From assembly GCA_035221665.1 (NCBI GenBank), contig CM069143.1, positions 42,036,001 to 42,100,000 on the forward strand: a DNA stretch of 64,000 nt. The letters run 5' to 3'. Source of the stretch: Okamejei kenojei. Its lineage: Eukaryota. The notes below the pieces were generated by a model. That model did not search any database. It worked only from the letters and a program-made list of their open reading frames with translations, and was not told the DNA's origin. Of the stretch, positions 1-14,307 are shown one piece after another. Position numbers and translations under genes: made by a program. Within the stretch, counting starts at the first letter, position 1. Each line of letters starts with the position of its first letter.

Positions 1-830
1 CACCAGAAATCATAAGCACTCTTTCTCATCCATAACTTTCGTCTCTAATATTTCTTCTAATGCTTTATGAGGCTTTATACAACGAAGGCTTTATACTGCA
101 AAGGATCTCCACCATACGTAGGAATTTCTACTGGTGGTAGAATGAGAGAAGTATTTTGTCAAGCTATGATCTCGTTGAATTCAGATTGCCAATTCAATAT
201 TGCCAATAATCCATCCTGATAACTCTGACTTGTTGATAAACAGGCCTTTGTGATTCAAACTGGCTTGCTCGTGCCTGTACTTCAAGCCTCAGAAAAGCGT
301 GGTCCGCAATTGCTTTGTCTCAAGCATCAAAAGACGCTCCAATGGTAATTGGTTTCGATCTAGCACTCATTTGCTGAGATGAAGTTTCACCCATCTTCCT
401 TTGTTCCAATGGGTTTTCAAAGCCTAGAAATTCAGTGGACATCGATTGTGGAATTGATTCAACTGCTAATTCACTTCGAGCAGTTTTCGTCTTGGTCCAG
501 AACTCATCGTCCTCGATAATCTAGAGCTACATCTTGAACCATCACCTTTCAATAGCTCGTTCTTTGATCTAGCAACTGCCATCTTTGTGTCAATTTCCAG
601 TTGTTCCTTTTGTCTTCTCAGCCTCTCATTCTGTAGCGTCATCTGTCATGTTATCTCTTCTTGTTGTCGTGTCACCTCTTCTTGTTGTTGCGTCATCTGT
701 CGCTTCATCTCTTCTTGTTCTTCTTCAATCTCATGCTTCTTCTTGATGGCATCCGCCTCTATTGAGAGCGCAGCTAGCTCAGCTTTAACTTCCAATTGAG
801 CAGAAGCCTTGAAACTGAACTGGCTGTTAA
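1..830 (-). mobile_element. Decayed BEL/Pao LTR-retrotransposon gag fragment (runs off the window start)
   Basis: The minus strand gives a coiled-coil segment KASAQLEVKAELAALSIEADAIKKKHEIEEEQEE (646-830). Downstream it gives LPPVEIPTYGGDPLQYKAF (140-84) and KALEEILETKVMDEKECL, typical of the DUF1759 region of Pao gag. Stops and frameshifts are present. Confidence 0.7.
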
Positions 831-3800
831 ACCAGATCTGCTGCCTGAAGATACATTTGAGATAATATCCCCAGGTGCAAAAAAATGATGCTAATTCAAA
901 TGGAATGCGCTTATCAAGAGACTCAAAACAATCCAAGGTCGGTCTGGCTAGAATCTCCATGCAGACTAGAAAAACACTTTCTGAGTTCTGTACTCCTGGA
1001 GTATTGTGCGCTGTTTTGATCCCCAATGTTAGAGGCAGTTTGAAGAGATTCAACTGGTTAATTCTTTTGTTGAGAAAGTTGTTCTATAATGTTAAATGGC
1101 AGGGTAATGTAGAGGGGCCAGTTGGCCAATCAGGATGGACAGATGCATGGTCAAGATAACTATGGCAGTCTATGTTTTTATGATGGACATTGGTCACTAA
1201 CCTACAACTGCATTGTGGTGATTCAGTTTATGGAATTCCAAGTCATTTTCATAGTTCTTCTTGGCAGAGAAATCTAGAGCTTTTCACAAATTATAATTAT
1301 GGTGGAGCTAGTGCAGTTCAGATGCATGGGCAAGTTGTAGCTCCTATTGGTTGGGATTTGATAAGTTGTCTGATAAACTCTAACATTGACTTTTATGCAC
1401 CTGATTTTCAGTTGTCACTAATGTTTTGGAGCATGCTAATAAACACAAAAAAGATGACTCGGCGATCAATCTAACAAACGTCTGCCCCTTCCATGACACA
1501 AGAAGTGTATACATCCTTAGTTATGATATAATGTAACAGGTACCAACCGTTGGATGGGGTAAGGGTCTCGTGCTTGTCTCTCTGATGAAGCAGGGTTTTG
1601 GTTTTGACAAGAATGTGCTCCAAGGGTTTTGTCAGTAGAAGAACCCCATTGGAGAACCCCATAGAAGAACCCCATTTCCCATTCCATGGTAATTGCATAT
1701 TACCAGAGATTAAGTCTTGTCATTGGCTTGCATCTTTTCCCATCTTGCTACTGGCATTTGTCTCCCTGCAGGATGAAGGCTTGGCTTTTTCTGGGTTGGA
1801 GTAATAGTCCAACCTTCATCCAGAACTTTTGAGATTGCAAGATATGCAATGTTGACTTTAGCATATTGATTGTGAAAAATTGGGGCAAAGAATTTACAGG
1901 CATCTTGGATGGCCACAGTTTTATGCATAGTTGAGACACCTTCCCTGCTGAAACATCCAGATGGAAGACTAGGAAATTGGCTTTCATAGCCTGCAAGGTT
2001 TTCCATGAATAATGTCATGGAAGAAGGTTATTGATGTACATGAAAGTATGATGCACAAATATGTCATGTTTTACAGTACAGGTTTTCCTCAATTTACCAA
2101 ATTTCCTGAAGAACATTTATTTAAGTGAAATTTTACAAATCAGGTAGCCTGGACACAATGTAATATAAGCATTTTGGTACAGTGGCTGCAAAATACTCTG
2201 GGCAAAGTGTGGAGCACTAAATATTGCAATAAAACATAGATAAGTAAATCAAATATACTTTAAAAGTCAATGGTGCTGTAGTGAACATTTGTAAAATAAA
2301 ATGTTTGTAATTTGAGAAAAAATTACAGATCAGCATATGTATGTCTATCTTTCAATATATATGAGGTGACAGTAAGTATTGTTTCTTTGCCAAAGATTAT
2401 TTACATTTTTGTCATGGATTGTTACTTTATTTCAGGTCATTACATTATTAATTGCCCATTGCCATGTAACTTTTTCACCGTGAATAAATTTAAAGCATCC
2501 CAAGTCAATTTAAAGAGATTTTAAACTTAATAAACTACAAGTTGGTTTTGGTCAGTGTTTCATTCATCAGATCAGGTAACCTGATTGAGTTTAATTGTTT
2601 ATCATAAATTAAGCGGTAAAGAGCCAGTAGTCTAAAAAGATCTTATGATAATGTGGAATGCTGACCAAAGCTATGGTAATAGTCAAATTTAGCATTGGCA
2701 TGTTCATCTTATGAACAGTATCCTCAATAACAGTGCAGACAAGCAGCATGTTTGACTGGCCATGTGATGTCATCTGTGTGTGGGCAACTTGCCCCAGGCA
2801 GGAAGCAGCAGCCTTATTGCACACAGACTGCACCCATCTGCTGCACAGAGTGACAACATGCTGTTTGTAAACAGCACTTACAATGTTTCTGTGGTGCATC
2901 ATCAACTCAAACAATGGCAACATGGGGAAGGCAATCCATTTATTTCCTTTGGATTGAGGTAGATCAAATGCTTGTCAACATTCCAACGAGACACTCCAGA
3001 GACTTCTGCGAATGATCTACTCTGTTCATTATGCAAATTTTCCAGTCTATGTTGCATTAGTGCAAACACAATATGAGAAAGGACAGGTAAAGACCAGCTG
3101 GTCCATTAAGCCCACCCTTTATTTGGCATGCTGTAAATTCTACATTTCATCATCTCACTCCCCCTCACATCCACACTAAAATGTGCATCCCCAGGGTGAG
3201 ACAAAAGACAAAGAAAAGCCTTTAGGCCAACTTGGGGAAATTGCTCTGAAATTTCATCCCAATCCCAAAAGGCAATTGAGCTCCAGTAGTGACTGTGGGA
3301 GATAAAGATTCATCCATCTTCAATGTTTATAATGTTAGCCTGTTTCATTCAGCACCTTGAACAGTGTGTTCACTTGGATGTGAGGATCGGGAGATCAGTG
3401 ATTGATTTTTGGTCACAGAGTTGACAACTTCTTGCGTTCAAATCATTAGGCCAAGAAGGATATTAATCCCCCAACAGTCCAGTGCAGCACCTTGACCTCA
3501 AAACTGTTGGTGAGCATTAAACTGTTGGTGAGCATTCTTGTGCCCTAGCCTTTTGTTGAGTCAACTGACCCCAAAGAACATGTGGAATTTCAGCCTAAGC
3601 TCAGTAGTTGTAATCAGATGTTGGGTTACAGTGGATGTCAAGACCATATTTCAGCTGAAATACAGTCATTTTCTCCAAGGATTTTTCCTGCGTAAATTGA
3701 CATCCATACCACCGTAAATTGTTTCTAGTGAGCTAGAACATGAGGCAAGTGAGAGGAATATAGAGAGAATAAAATGAAGGGTTGGATTAGCATAAATGGG

Positions 3801-5964
3801 TATTAGATAGTCAGTCAGCACACAGTTGGTGGGCTAAAGCACCTGATTATGTCTTGTACAACTGATTCTATAAACCTAATATATATTCATATGATATACA
3901 AGCTGTTTCCTGAACACAAAACAATGTAGGAAATGAGGGCAATATGTAGACTAAACTCTATTGATGCTCAGAGTCTTTGCAGCCACCATCTATATGTCCA
4001 ATCCAGGAAATTGGACTTTATACATTCTTTGGTGTTGTGTTCCATGTTGTATAATGTAAACTGTTTGCTGAAGAACAGTATGGAGTCGACACAGGCAAAT
4101 CTAATACTAACTTGAAAATGTAAAGAGACAATATGTATATGACTACCGAATATGTATCTTCACATCTAGTAAGTGAATTCACATGGACAGTTAAATGTTG
4201 AATACATAGCCAAAAATGTGAACTCCAGAAGAATAGACTGCTGTCTAACTTAGCAATATGGATTTTACGTAGGAATTGCTGTTCACTTAGAATTATACAT
4301 TGTCAATCCAGACTATAAATACAAGTTTTGTGTATGGTTTGGGTAATAGCACTTATACATTAAAAAAAATTAAACAATACAGGAACAGTTAATTTAATGT
4401 TTATTCAATGTAGTACTTAATGGACTTCCAACACATGATTTGAATTCTGATTCTATATTTAGAGAGTAGGTGAAGTGTTGACAACAGGCACTCCACACAC
4501 TATTAAAGTGTTCACATGCCAGTCTAAGTTAGTATATAGGCTTTCTACCAATGGCTGCTTGTGTACAGTAAGGCTCAGAGTTATTGACTACTCAGCCTGT
4601 GACAAATTCACCAGCTAGGTTCTGTAAATGTACAATATTAATATAACATCTATGTCTGCAGTCTGGTAACTGCACATTATATGTGAAGGTACATTAACTT
4701 TCACGGATAGTAAATCATAAATGTAGTACATGATTAAAAACTATTCACATAACAATTTTTTAATTTATTTTTTGTATTTGAAATAAAGTACCTGAATAAA
4801 AACATGAACTTATATATAAAAATATTCTTACATATATGAAATATTGCAAATTTAAAATCAGTTAGTAAAATAACACAACCATCCTGTACAAGAACTCATT
4901 AAACCTTTATGAAACTCATTATTATTTTAGTGATATGAAGGAGCCACAATCTGATTGGTGCTTGATTCAAGGTCCTTCAGAGAATTAGATTTAGCCAATG
5001 ACATCAGAGTTTAAAACAAAAGCTCTCCACATGACTGTGTGAGCACTTTGTCTACAGGAAACATAATACTCCAATGAAGATTCATTGTGTCACCCTCAAC
5101 ATACTATATTTTAAGACAATCAGTCATCTGTCAACGTATCTAAAGATTCATGAAATTGGACGCAAGGCCTCTTGTTCAGGCAATCTAGACTGCAGGCACC
5201 ATAACCTTTTTGCTCTATGAAAGCTGTTACAAACAAAACTACATTGAAAAACTAATGGCACACTTGCCTCAATGTATTTATTCTTTAGAAAATAAAAGTG
5301 GCAGATAAATATTAAAATAAGATATGGCGTTTCATTGGAAACAACGCAGAAGGAAATTAACCACAAATAGTAATCCTTTAAGATTATGGGAAGAATTTGG
5401 TAATTAAAAATGCCATTCACATTTCCATGAACTGAAATGGGAGTGAGATAAGCTTTCAGAATAAGATATTCTTTTTATCACAATGTTTTTATTCTTACAT
5501 TTAAAAAGTGCCTTTAGCTCAGATTATTCAGGACCCACTTTGATACTGCTTGTAACAGGACCATCATCTGCCTAATCCTTTTACATAGTTTGTATAGCCT
5601 AATGCTTTCTATCCTACTCCACTGCACTTTTCACAAATCCATTTAACATATCAATTGACACAACATTTCTTGAATCATTTCTGACCAATGCATATAACTC
5701 CCATAACTGTATAATCTGACATGTTTAGATCAGGAGAAAAACTCATGCTGAACAAATCCTTCTAATCTTAGAAAAATGCCCTGTGATGCTATTTGAGGTA
5801 GTGCGAACAGTGGTTTGCTCACATTGTTTTGTAGAATTCCGGGCAATATTAATGTAGCCTATATCCTGTTTGTACAATACTTTTCTCCCACTCAAACTTG
5901 TTGGTTTACCATTTCAGGTAAATTAAATTTACATGCATACCTGCACACATATGCAAACTTATAC

Positions 5965-7087
5965 AAACTTAAAGCATACAGCATTAGGGGTTCAGTATTA
6001 ATGTGGATAGAGAACTGGCTGGCAAACAGGAAGCAAAGAGTAGGAGTAAACGGGTCCTTTTCACAATGGCAGGCAGTGACTAGTGGGGTACCGCAGGGCT
6101 CAGTGCTGGGACCCCAGCTATTTACAATATTTATTAATGATCTGGATGAGGGAATTAAAGGCAATATATCCAAGTTTGCGGATGACACTAAGCTGGGGGG
6201 CAGTGTTAGCTGTGAGGAGGATGCTAGGAGACCGCAAGGTGACTTGGATAGGCTGGGTGAGTGGGCAAATGTTTGGCAGATGCAGTATAATGTGGATAAA
6301 TGTGAGGTTATCCACTTTGGTGGCAAAAACAGGAAAGCAGACTATTATTTAAATGGTGGCCGATTAGGAAAAGGGGAGATGCAGTGAGACCTGGGTGTCA
6401 TGGTACACCAGTCATTGAAAGTAGGCATGCAGGTGCAGCAGGCAGTGAAAAAAGCGAATGGTATGTTAGCTTTCATAGCAAAAGGATTTGAGTATAGGAG
6501 CAGGGAGGTTCTACTTCAGTTGTACAGGGTCTTGGTGAGACCACACCTGGAGTATTGCGTACAGTTTTGGTCTCCAAATCTGAGGAAGGACATTATTGCC
6601 ATGGAGGGAGTGCAGAGAAGGTTCACCAGACTGATTCCTGGGATGTCAGGACTGTCTTATGAAGAAAGACTGGATAGACTTGGTTTATACTCTCTAGAAT
6701 TTAGGAGATTGAGAGGGGATCATATAGAAACTTACAAAATTCAGGAAGATTGTTCCCAATGTTGGGGAAGTCCAGGACAAGGGATCACAGCTTAAGGATA
6801 AGGGGGAAATCCTTTAAGACCGAGATGAGAAAGACTTTTTTCACACAGAGAGTGGTGAGTCTCTGGAACTCACTGCCACAGAGGGTAGTTGAGGCCAGTT
6901 CATTGGCTATATTTAAGAGGGAGTTAGATGTGGCCCTTGTGGCTAAGGGGATCAGAGGGTATAGAGAGAAGGCAGGTACGGGATACTGAGTTGGATGATC
7001 AGCCATGATCATATTGTATGGCGGTGCAGGCTCGAAGGGCCGAATGGCCTACTCCTGCACCTAATTTCTATGTTTCTATGTTTCTAT
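5965..7087 (+). mobile_element. 5'-truncated CR1-clade LINE (HER1-like), 3' half of ORF2 RT plus 3' UTR
   Basis: WIENWLANRKQRV, TSGVPQGSVLGPQLFTIFINDL, SKFADDTKL, LVRPHLEYCVQFWSP; one in-frame stop and a small deletion; ends in (TTTCTATG)n. Confidence 0.95.
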
Positions 7088-7289
7088 ATTTAGAATTGGT
7101 AAAGCTTAATATACATGCACCATTTGTTAATTTATTGTTAATAACCTTTGCATCTGTTCAAAAGTATTAAAAGTTAAATAATATTGAAACCAATGTTCAA
7201 AATTTCCAGAGAACTAGCAAGTAGACAGTTTTATAACCTAAAAAGAAAAATACAAATATTTCACAGGATTAGCTTTTCTCTCCTTCAGT

Positions 7290-8215
7290 TTATAATCAAA
7301 GGCATAGAGCTACTAAAACAACCCCTTTGGCTAAACTTGTCCATGCTGACTGGGATGCTCATCAATGCTAATACCATTTTGGGGCATTTCGCAGATATCC
7401 CTCTATTCCTTTCCTGTCCATGTAAAATGCTTTTTAACCTTGGGTGAACATACCTGTCTCTGGCAGTGTGTTCCATATATGCATGCATCATCCTCTGTAT
7501 GAAAAACCTGCCATCAGATCTTCTTTAAATATTTCCCCTCTCACTTTAAACCTATGTCCTCTAGTTTTAGACTCTATGACACTTGGTAATAGATCGATTA
7601 CCTACCCTATTTATGACCCTCATAATTGTATATACTTCTATAATGTCATTTTCTGGGAGCTATGAACTAGTACTCCAAGGTCCTTCAGTATATCAAAGTT
7701 TCTGAGGTCCCTACAGTTTAGTGTATATTTCTGGCAGGTATTAGATGACGCAAAATATTACACCTTACATTTATCTGGATTAAATTACATCTGCCACTCC
7801 TTTGCAGAAACTTTCCAGCTGATCGATGTTCCAGTGTATCTGTAGGTACCATCTTCGCTTTCTATTATCAGACCACTGATATTCTCATCCAAATCATTTG
7901 GATATCTGACATATAACAAAGGTCCCAGTACTAATCCCTGTGGTGCACCACCGGTTACAGACTTCCAGTTAGGAAAAACTACCGTCTCCCCGCCTATCAG
8001 CAAGCTAGCTTGGATCTAGTCTGCCAAAACACTTGGACCCCAATTGCCCCAACTCTCTGGATCAGCCTACCATGCAGGACCTTATCAAAAGCCTTGTTAA
8101 GGTCCATGTAAACCATATCTACCACCTTGTCATTGTCAATTTTCTTAGTACCTGCTTCAAAAACTCAATCAGATTTGTGAGGCAGCATTTCCCATGCACA
8201 AAACCATGCCAACAT
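7290..8215 (-). mobile_element. Old decayed CR1-clade LINE fragment(s)
   Basis: The minus strand gives WKSVTGGAPQGLVLGPLLYV..NDLDENISGLI (7785-8003), flanked by degenerate CR1 3'-UTR-like sequence. Confidence 0.75.
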
Positions 8216-8639
8216 TACCAAAACAATGATATAAAGAGGGCATTCCTGCTGACATTAGTGATTCTTTATAAATGCAAATAAAATGATAGGATTTTAACAT
8301 GGACATAAGCAAAGTTATAAAAACCTGTGTGGAAGGTGGAAAAATTAAAAAAACATTAAATGTGACAAGAGTACAGCCATACACACGTAATGCTTTACAT
8401 TTTATGCTTCTGGTATCTGCTGGAATATAGAAATAATGTTCTTTGTGCTTTGGTAGTAATTATACATCAACAAAACTATGGGACACTGATGAAGCAGTCA
8501 CATGCTTTCCCTTGCAAACTGTGCCATGTTGATGAGAAAAGAGTGATTGAGATCTGTAGTTACATGTTATAAGGCAATTCTAAATATGAAAAATTATTGA
8601 AAAGTGGAAGACTGCTAGATATGTCCAGGAGAGGAATAT

Positions 8640-8885
8640 AGTTTAGTTTAGCTAAGTTTAGTTTAGTTTAGTTTAGTTTAGGTTAGTTAAATTTAGTGAT
8701 ACAGCATAGAAACATTTATGCTGTCTTTGGGATGTAGGAGAAAGCTGGAGCACCGTGAGGAACTCCACGTGTTCACAGGGAGAACAGGCAAACTCCACAT
8801 GGACAATACCCTAGGTCAGCATTGACCCCGGGTCTCCAGCACTGTGAGGCAGCAGTTGTACCAGCTGTACCATGATGCTACTCTC
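8640..8885 (-). mobile_element. tRNA-derived SINE (HE1/V-SINE-like) with (CTAAA)n tail
   Basis: (GTTTA)n tail at 8641-8695, followed by the reverse complement of the V-domain core (GGAGTTTGCCTGTTCTCCCTGTG...GGTGCTCC). Shared with copies at 26212, 44340 and 62485. Confidence 0.8.
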
Positions 8886-10397
8886 ATGCATGGAATTAAA
8901 TTCAGTACAGCATGGTTCCCTGGTTAATTGCAAATTGTTGTAGCATTTCATTATGATAGAAGTTAAATAAAAAACATCTGAGGTGCTTCAGGTTTTGTAC
9001 TATTGTTTATGCCATATCTTCTTTCAAAACGAGTTTCCTAATTATTAGAGACACCAAACACAGGCTGGATGGGCAATCTGCTGAATTCTTCCATTCAGTC
9101 TTGAAGAATTACTGTGATCTCCCATTTTCCTATCGCTTTAATTCTCCTTCCCACCCAATCTGACCAGCTTCCTGCACTCTCAATAAAGCTAACATAGACT
9201 GATGGAACAGGACCTTGCCCTCCAATAAGGCATGTCACATACTTTTGGACTTAACACTGAGACCAATAAATTCAGATAACCATTTCAGCCAGCGCTTGAT
9301 GGGCCAAATGGCCTTATTCTGCTCCTAGAACATGAATTTATGGAAATATTTCAGATTTCCACCATTCACCATACTCTGGTAATCTCACATAATATTTTGC
9401 TTCATCCATTTACACCTTCTCTAGACGACCTTTTGTTCCCTTATTTGAACTATTATCATCACCTTGCACCATCATGCTTTTGCCATTTAATTGCTCTTGA
9501 CTTCCAACCTCTCACCTTTGTTCCATCCTCCACTTACCCACTCTTACATCCTTTCTCTGCATCTTAAAGTGTGTTGGTCTCTCAATTTTTACCACTTCTG
9601 ATTAAATATCATAACATGAATCAATTAATCTTTTATCTCCACAGATCCTGTCTGCACAGCAAAAACAATTCCAGCATTTCCTGGTTTATTTTGTTTTTAT
9701 TTCAGGATCTCTTTCGCTAATAAAAGTTGGCCTTTTTGGTGACAATCAACTTGCCAGATCATTTGTTTTTACTCCAATATTTTAGAAATTCTTACATTTG
9801 TTTAGTTGCTGCACAGTTGCACAATGTGTACACATTATAGTTGAACAAATTGCCTCTCTTTTCACACAGCACCACTATTTACAATCAAATATAATTTTGA
9901 AGTATTTCCTGAGAAGTAAAATATGTAACAGAAATCACTATTCTCATGAAAGGCAAAGTAATAAAATCAGGAAAAATGTCATCAATGATTCTCCCAGTAG
10001 CTGCTTACTATGTTCCAATGTGGTTTGCTTTAATTGTCGGTGGTGTGCTGAAAGGTGACTGTACAAGAATTAAAATGTAGTTAATTCAGACAATATAACT
10101 TGGAGTCAAGGTAATATTTTCCCAGCACTTCATCTTGTCTTCTTCATCTTGGGCATAATTAACTTTTTCAGATATAGGCCAAGGTTTTTAAGTGCTTCCA
10201 GACACAGTAAGGTATGATTGGTTGCTAGATTAAGTTCCATCTACATTGCCTCAGCAACTACTTGCAGATAACGTACACATTATTCTATCAAGGACATAGT
10301 CATAAAAGATAATGCTTTCACTTCTTGTTGCTTCGCAGATGGAACAGGAATTCACTGAGAGTCTATCAAAAACATATTATTCATCTAGAGTGTATAA

Positions 10398-10522
10398 ACA
10401 AAGAACTGCAGATGTTGGATTATACCAAAGGAAGACACAATGTGCTAGAGTAACTCAGTGGTACAGGCAGCATCTCTGGAGAGAAAGGGTGGGTGACGTT
10501 TCGGGTAGGGGACTTTCTTCAT
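10398..10522 (-). mobile_element. Penelope-derived hammerhead-motif repeat (partial)
   Basis: aagaactgcagatg...gagtaactcag...ggcagcatctctggagaga...gtgacgtttcgggt...cttca matches the repeat family at 31424, 41522 and 53015. Confidence 0.7.
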
Positions 10523-11754
10523 ATTGTTCTATGGAGTATTATACTGGGATTTCCACATCATTTGGATCTATTTGTAATCAATAGATCCAAATTTCCACAT
10601 CATTTGGATCTATTTTAAAATCAAGTAGCAGACTTGCTAAGCATGATGATCACATATCCCTTTTTTGGGTTGTGTTATGATGCCAACAATTATTGAGTCA
10701 TAAGGCATTCCACAAAGGTTTTCCAGTGATCCAGTGATCTCAGATCTAACAAAATAGTTTGTAACACATTCCTGTTCACTATTAAATCCAGTGTAATTTT
10801 CAGCATGAATTCATCCACCTATTGTTTTCATTGACAAAATAGATCATACGTTGATACTACTAATGTCAGAATATGGGACAGGTTTTCAAAGGCCTGGAAT
10901 ATAATTCAGAGATATGAATTAGAACCCCATTATAGTAGCTGAAATTTTAAACTCAGTTCATTGTATTAATTTGGACTGATTTGAATTAATCCATTATCAA
11001 TAATAGTAATCACGATATTCCAGAAGCTTACCCGAAGAATCCTGTCTGGTTCACTGATGCCTTTTTAGAAAGAAAAAATGCTACATTGATGTACATGTGA
11101 TTCAATGTTGTTGACATTTAATTACTATCAAAGTGGTCTAACAAACAAAAGTATTTTCAAGAAAGTATCACCACTTTCTCAAAGGTAATTAATTCGGTGT
11201 GGGCAAATGATGCTGAGTTTGAATGTATTGCGCAAAAAATACCAGTGGAAAATTGGGTTGATTTCAATGTTCGCACTTTTTAGACTTCAAAACAAGGAAA
11301 TGAAATGATTGGTCAATATTTCACGGTGATAATCTGCTTCTTGGTGGAAACTTGTTAACTGCTCTATTGCATATTAGCTCTAAGTGCTTGGAGATGAAAT
11401 ACTTATTGATCAGATAATTATAAATAGACCTTGTCAGGGAGTTACTTTGGAAAGCTTTAAGGGGCTCTGTGGAAAAGAGAATTCTGAGAAACACATGCAG
11501 CTACCGTTCAAAGCGGAAACAAATTGCATTTACATAGCACCTCATCGGATCTCTCAGCAAATCCCAAAGTATCTCACTAAACTTCAGGAAGGTTAATGGT
11601 TTTAAGATACTATCCCTGTTACTTAATCAATGAAATGAACAAGATGAACGACCAGTTTATCTACTTTTGGTCCAGTGATTTTGCCAGGTACTAGATTCCT
11701 TATCATTTTACCACGATGTGAACTTCACTGATAAGCGCGGCATTTATTGACCAT

Positions 11755-11920
11755 AAACACAAAATGCTGGAGTAATTTAGCAAGTCAGGCAGCATATCTG
11801 AAGAAAAGGAATAAGTGGTTTCTTAGTATTTGCTCTCCTTCTATCCTACTGTCCCTTTCTCCAGAGATGCTCCTATATGTTGGATCCATTTTGGTGTAAA
11901 TCTGCCGTTCCTTCCTACAT
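11755..11920. mobile_element. Degenerate fold-back copy of the Penelope-derived repeat
   Basis: acacaaaatgctggagtaa...ggcagcatatctg...ttctccagagatgc: two inverted, diverged arms of the same family. Confidence 0.55.
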
Positions 11921-13244
11921 ACACATCTATTGTCCATCCCCAGTTCCCCGGAACCGGACAGCAGCTAATCGTCAACCACTTTGCTGTGGGTTTGATGTCG
12001 TAGATAGCACAGGGTAGATTAACGAGTAGATTCGCCGAAGAACATCAGAAGGGCATTGACAACTATCCACCTATTTCACTGTCGCCATTAGCAAATATTC
12101 CTTTCAGGTTTATATATATGAAGAGAATTTAAATTCTCCTCTCGTTATTTTTAGGATATATAACCTCTATAATATAATCTATGTTTCTAACCCATAATGT
12201 CTGTGGATGATGGAACTGTTAACTGCCGCCTGAATCTCTAAAGCAACCATAAAGGATGATAATATCGAATCGAAAGGATGAAAAAATTCCCATACTGCTC
12301 TCAGCTATTAACATATTAACGTTGCTCAACAATATGCACCAAATTCCCTAACATCCATGGATTGACTTCTAAATCTTCATCAGTGCTATCCACGCTTTTA
12401 CCCAACCCCATCTATTCACCTGATCCTGCACATATCTGCCTGCACGCCTCAGTTCCTTTGAATGTGACCCTTGTGTGCATTCCCTCCCTTCCCTCCCTTT
12501 CCTCCTAGACTGGTGGAAGAGGCTTTAGCCACAGAAACGGGAGCTCCCTCGCCAACCATGACTGTCGCTGTTGTGCTCTCTCGTCGCCCACCCTTTTCAC
12601 TTTTCCCATCCCAGGTTTTCAAAACATTCATTGACTTCCTCTTAACTACAATTCATGGCATGCCAACAGATGGGTTTTTTTTTAAATCTTACACGTGCAT
12701 GTGATTGTTGAACTCTAACAAATTCCATATTAATATTATCACTCTCTCAGATAGAGTCGCAATGGTTATTGTACTCCCATCCAGGTCCATTTGAAAAAAA
12801 AAATACGAACAATTACTAAATATCTCTATCAACACGGCTGGGTCGCGAACAATGGCCTCTGACTGGTCAATTTTCACCTGAGGAGATCGCGGATGTTGTT
12901 CTTCTTATGCCCGTGTTCAAATGTAAAGATTCAGAAATTTGTTATTTCCTGACATTGAGAAGATAATAAGAATTAAGGCACTTTAGCATCACAGAATAAG
13001 GTTTCATCGATGTATGGATTTGAATACTTCTCAGTTAAGGCAAGTTCTATGAATGTTTAAATACTTTTTCCTTAGTGTACAGCGCCCACAGACGTTACAG
13101 AGTGCTTGAAATAAACTGCGATAAGTTTCAGTAACAAATTCTCAGCGAAACCTTGAGCAGGGTTTTGCTAATCCCTCTGTCAAAACTGACATTCGTCATT
13201 TTCACCTAGGAGCAAGAAATCGTTGGAAGACGGAACCCACACCA

Positions 13245-13375
13245 GCCTGAACCAATGGTGGGACTGCATGGGAGGGTCCAGCCGACCGCCTGCCGATCGG
13301 AGCTCCGAGTACCAATGATCGGGGCGAGGGGCGGCCCGGGTGGCGTGTCCAGCAGCTGGCGCGGGTATAACTTAG
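13245..13375 (+). promoter_or_regulatory. Core promoter of the POU4F gene
   Basis: CCAAT at 13252-13256 and 13312-13316, GC box GGGGCGG at ~13328, E-box CAGCTG at 13353-13358, TATAA at 13366-13370, about 80 bp upstream of the ATG at 13447; CpG-rich. Confidence 0.65.
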
Positions 13376-13446
13376 TGACAAGCGGATGGAGTGTGATCGA
13401 GACAGCGCCAGTTCAGCGCTCACCTGCACATGACCCGCTTGCAAAC

Positions 13447-13566
13447 ATGATGTCCATGAATAGCAAGCAGCCTTTCGGCATGCACCCCATCCTGCATGAG
13501 CCCAAATACGCCACCTTGCATTCGAGCTCCGAGGCCATCCGGAGAGCCTGCATGCCCAACCCCCCG
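13447..13566 (+). CDS. pou4f4: POU class IV homeobox TF, coding exon 1 (40 aa)
   Basis: MMSMNSKQPFGMHPILHEPKYATLHSSSEAIRRACMPNPP, the conserved Brn3 N-terminus and start of the POU-IV box; ends in a phase-0 donor CCG|GTAAGT at 13567. Confidence 0.93.
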
Positions 13567-14307
13567 GTAAGTACCAGCCGCTTCTCCCACCACAACAGAA
13601 AATGTCTTGTTCAAAAAACGAACTACGCTAGTTTGGAAATAATGTTTGAATTGATTGCATTGCCTCTGTTAATTAGCCGGGGCATTTGAAGTATATCCTG
13701 TGTTTTTGTCATTTATCAAGAGGCGATTACTGATGGGTTCGTGGGATTGGTACAATTTCTTTTTTTGTTGGCTCCCTATGGCAAACCCCAAAGTGGGAGG
13801 CCAGGTGTCCGAAATGCGCGATCAGAGAAGTTATTTGAACCAAGATTATTTGGAATCATTCGGTGCGTGTCTAGCTAAACGTCCATTTACTGTGTGGAGC
13901 TAAGGGTTCAGGCTGTTTCATTAGCTTTTATCATGTTGCGATTTGCATTAAATATCCTTGTCCACGCATTGGTTCTGAGTCTTAAATAAATGCGGCCACT
14001 TCCTCTCGCCGAGATCAGTGACTTTCCTTTCATTAGTGTGCGTGTGTGAGTGTGCGAGTGTGTATGTGTGTGTGTGTAATTGATTAAATGTTGCCGCTGT
14101 CGCTGAATCCGTCAACTGCAGAACGTCATGAAAGCAGGGGTAATGATCTACGCTCAAACTACTTCGCTAGAACTCCTGAGCTACGAGTCAGGTGTCAATT
14201 CCGCTGGCCAGTTCTCAAAGACTCGGGTACCACGATTACGTTTCCGTATTGTTCTCACTGCAGACTGGGCCCTGATAATAACACGATCTTTTGCTTTTCA
14301 TTTGTAG
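13567..14307 (+). other. Single 741-bp GT-AG intron of the POU4F gene
   Basis: GTAAGT donor; polypyrimidine tract ttttgcttttcatttgtAG acceptor at 14306-14307; same position as the single intron of vertebrate POU4F genes. Confidence 0.92.
14036..14077 (+). repeat. Imperfect (GT)n microsatellite in the intron
   Basis: gtgtgcgtgtgtgagtgtgcgagtgtgtatgtgtgtgtgtgt. Confidence 0.85.

Noticed and set aside
1471-2018. Minus-strand ORFs of 75-102 aa
   Set aside because: No recognisable motif or convincing splice pattern; I cannot support them as exons.
2600-3050. SRWN-like motif suggesting a hAT transposase or an exon
   Set aside because: Stops in all frames and no additional motifs.
10549-10616. 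~25-bp local duplication (similar case at 3502-3537)
   Set aside because: Ordinary slippage duplication with no functional signal.
13255-13446. In-frame upstream ATG giving a 64-aa N-terminal extension of the POU4 protein
   Set aside because: The ATG overlaps a CCAAT box and lies upstream of the TATA-like element; known orthologs start at MMSMNSKQ.
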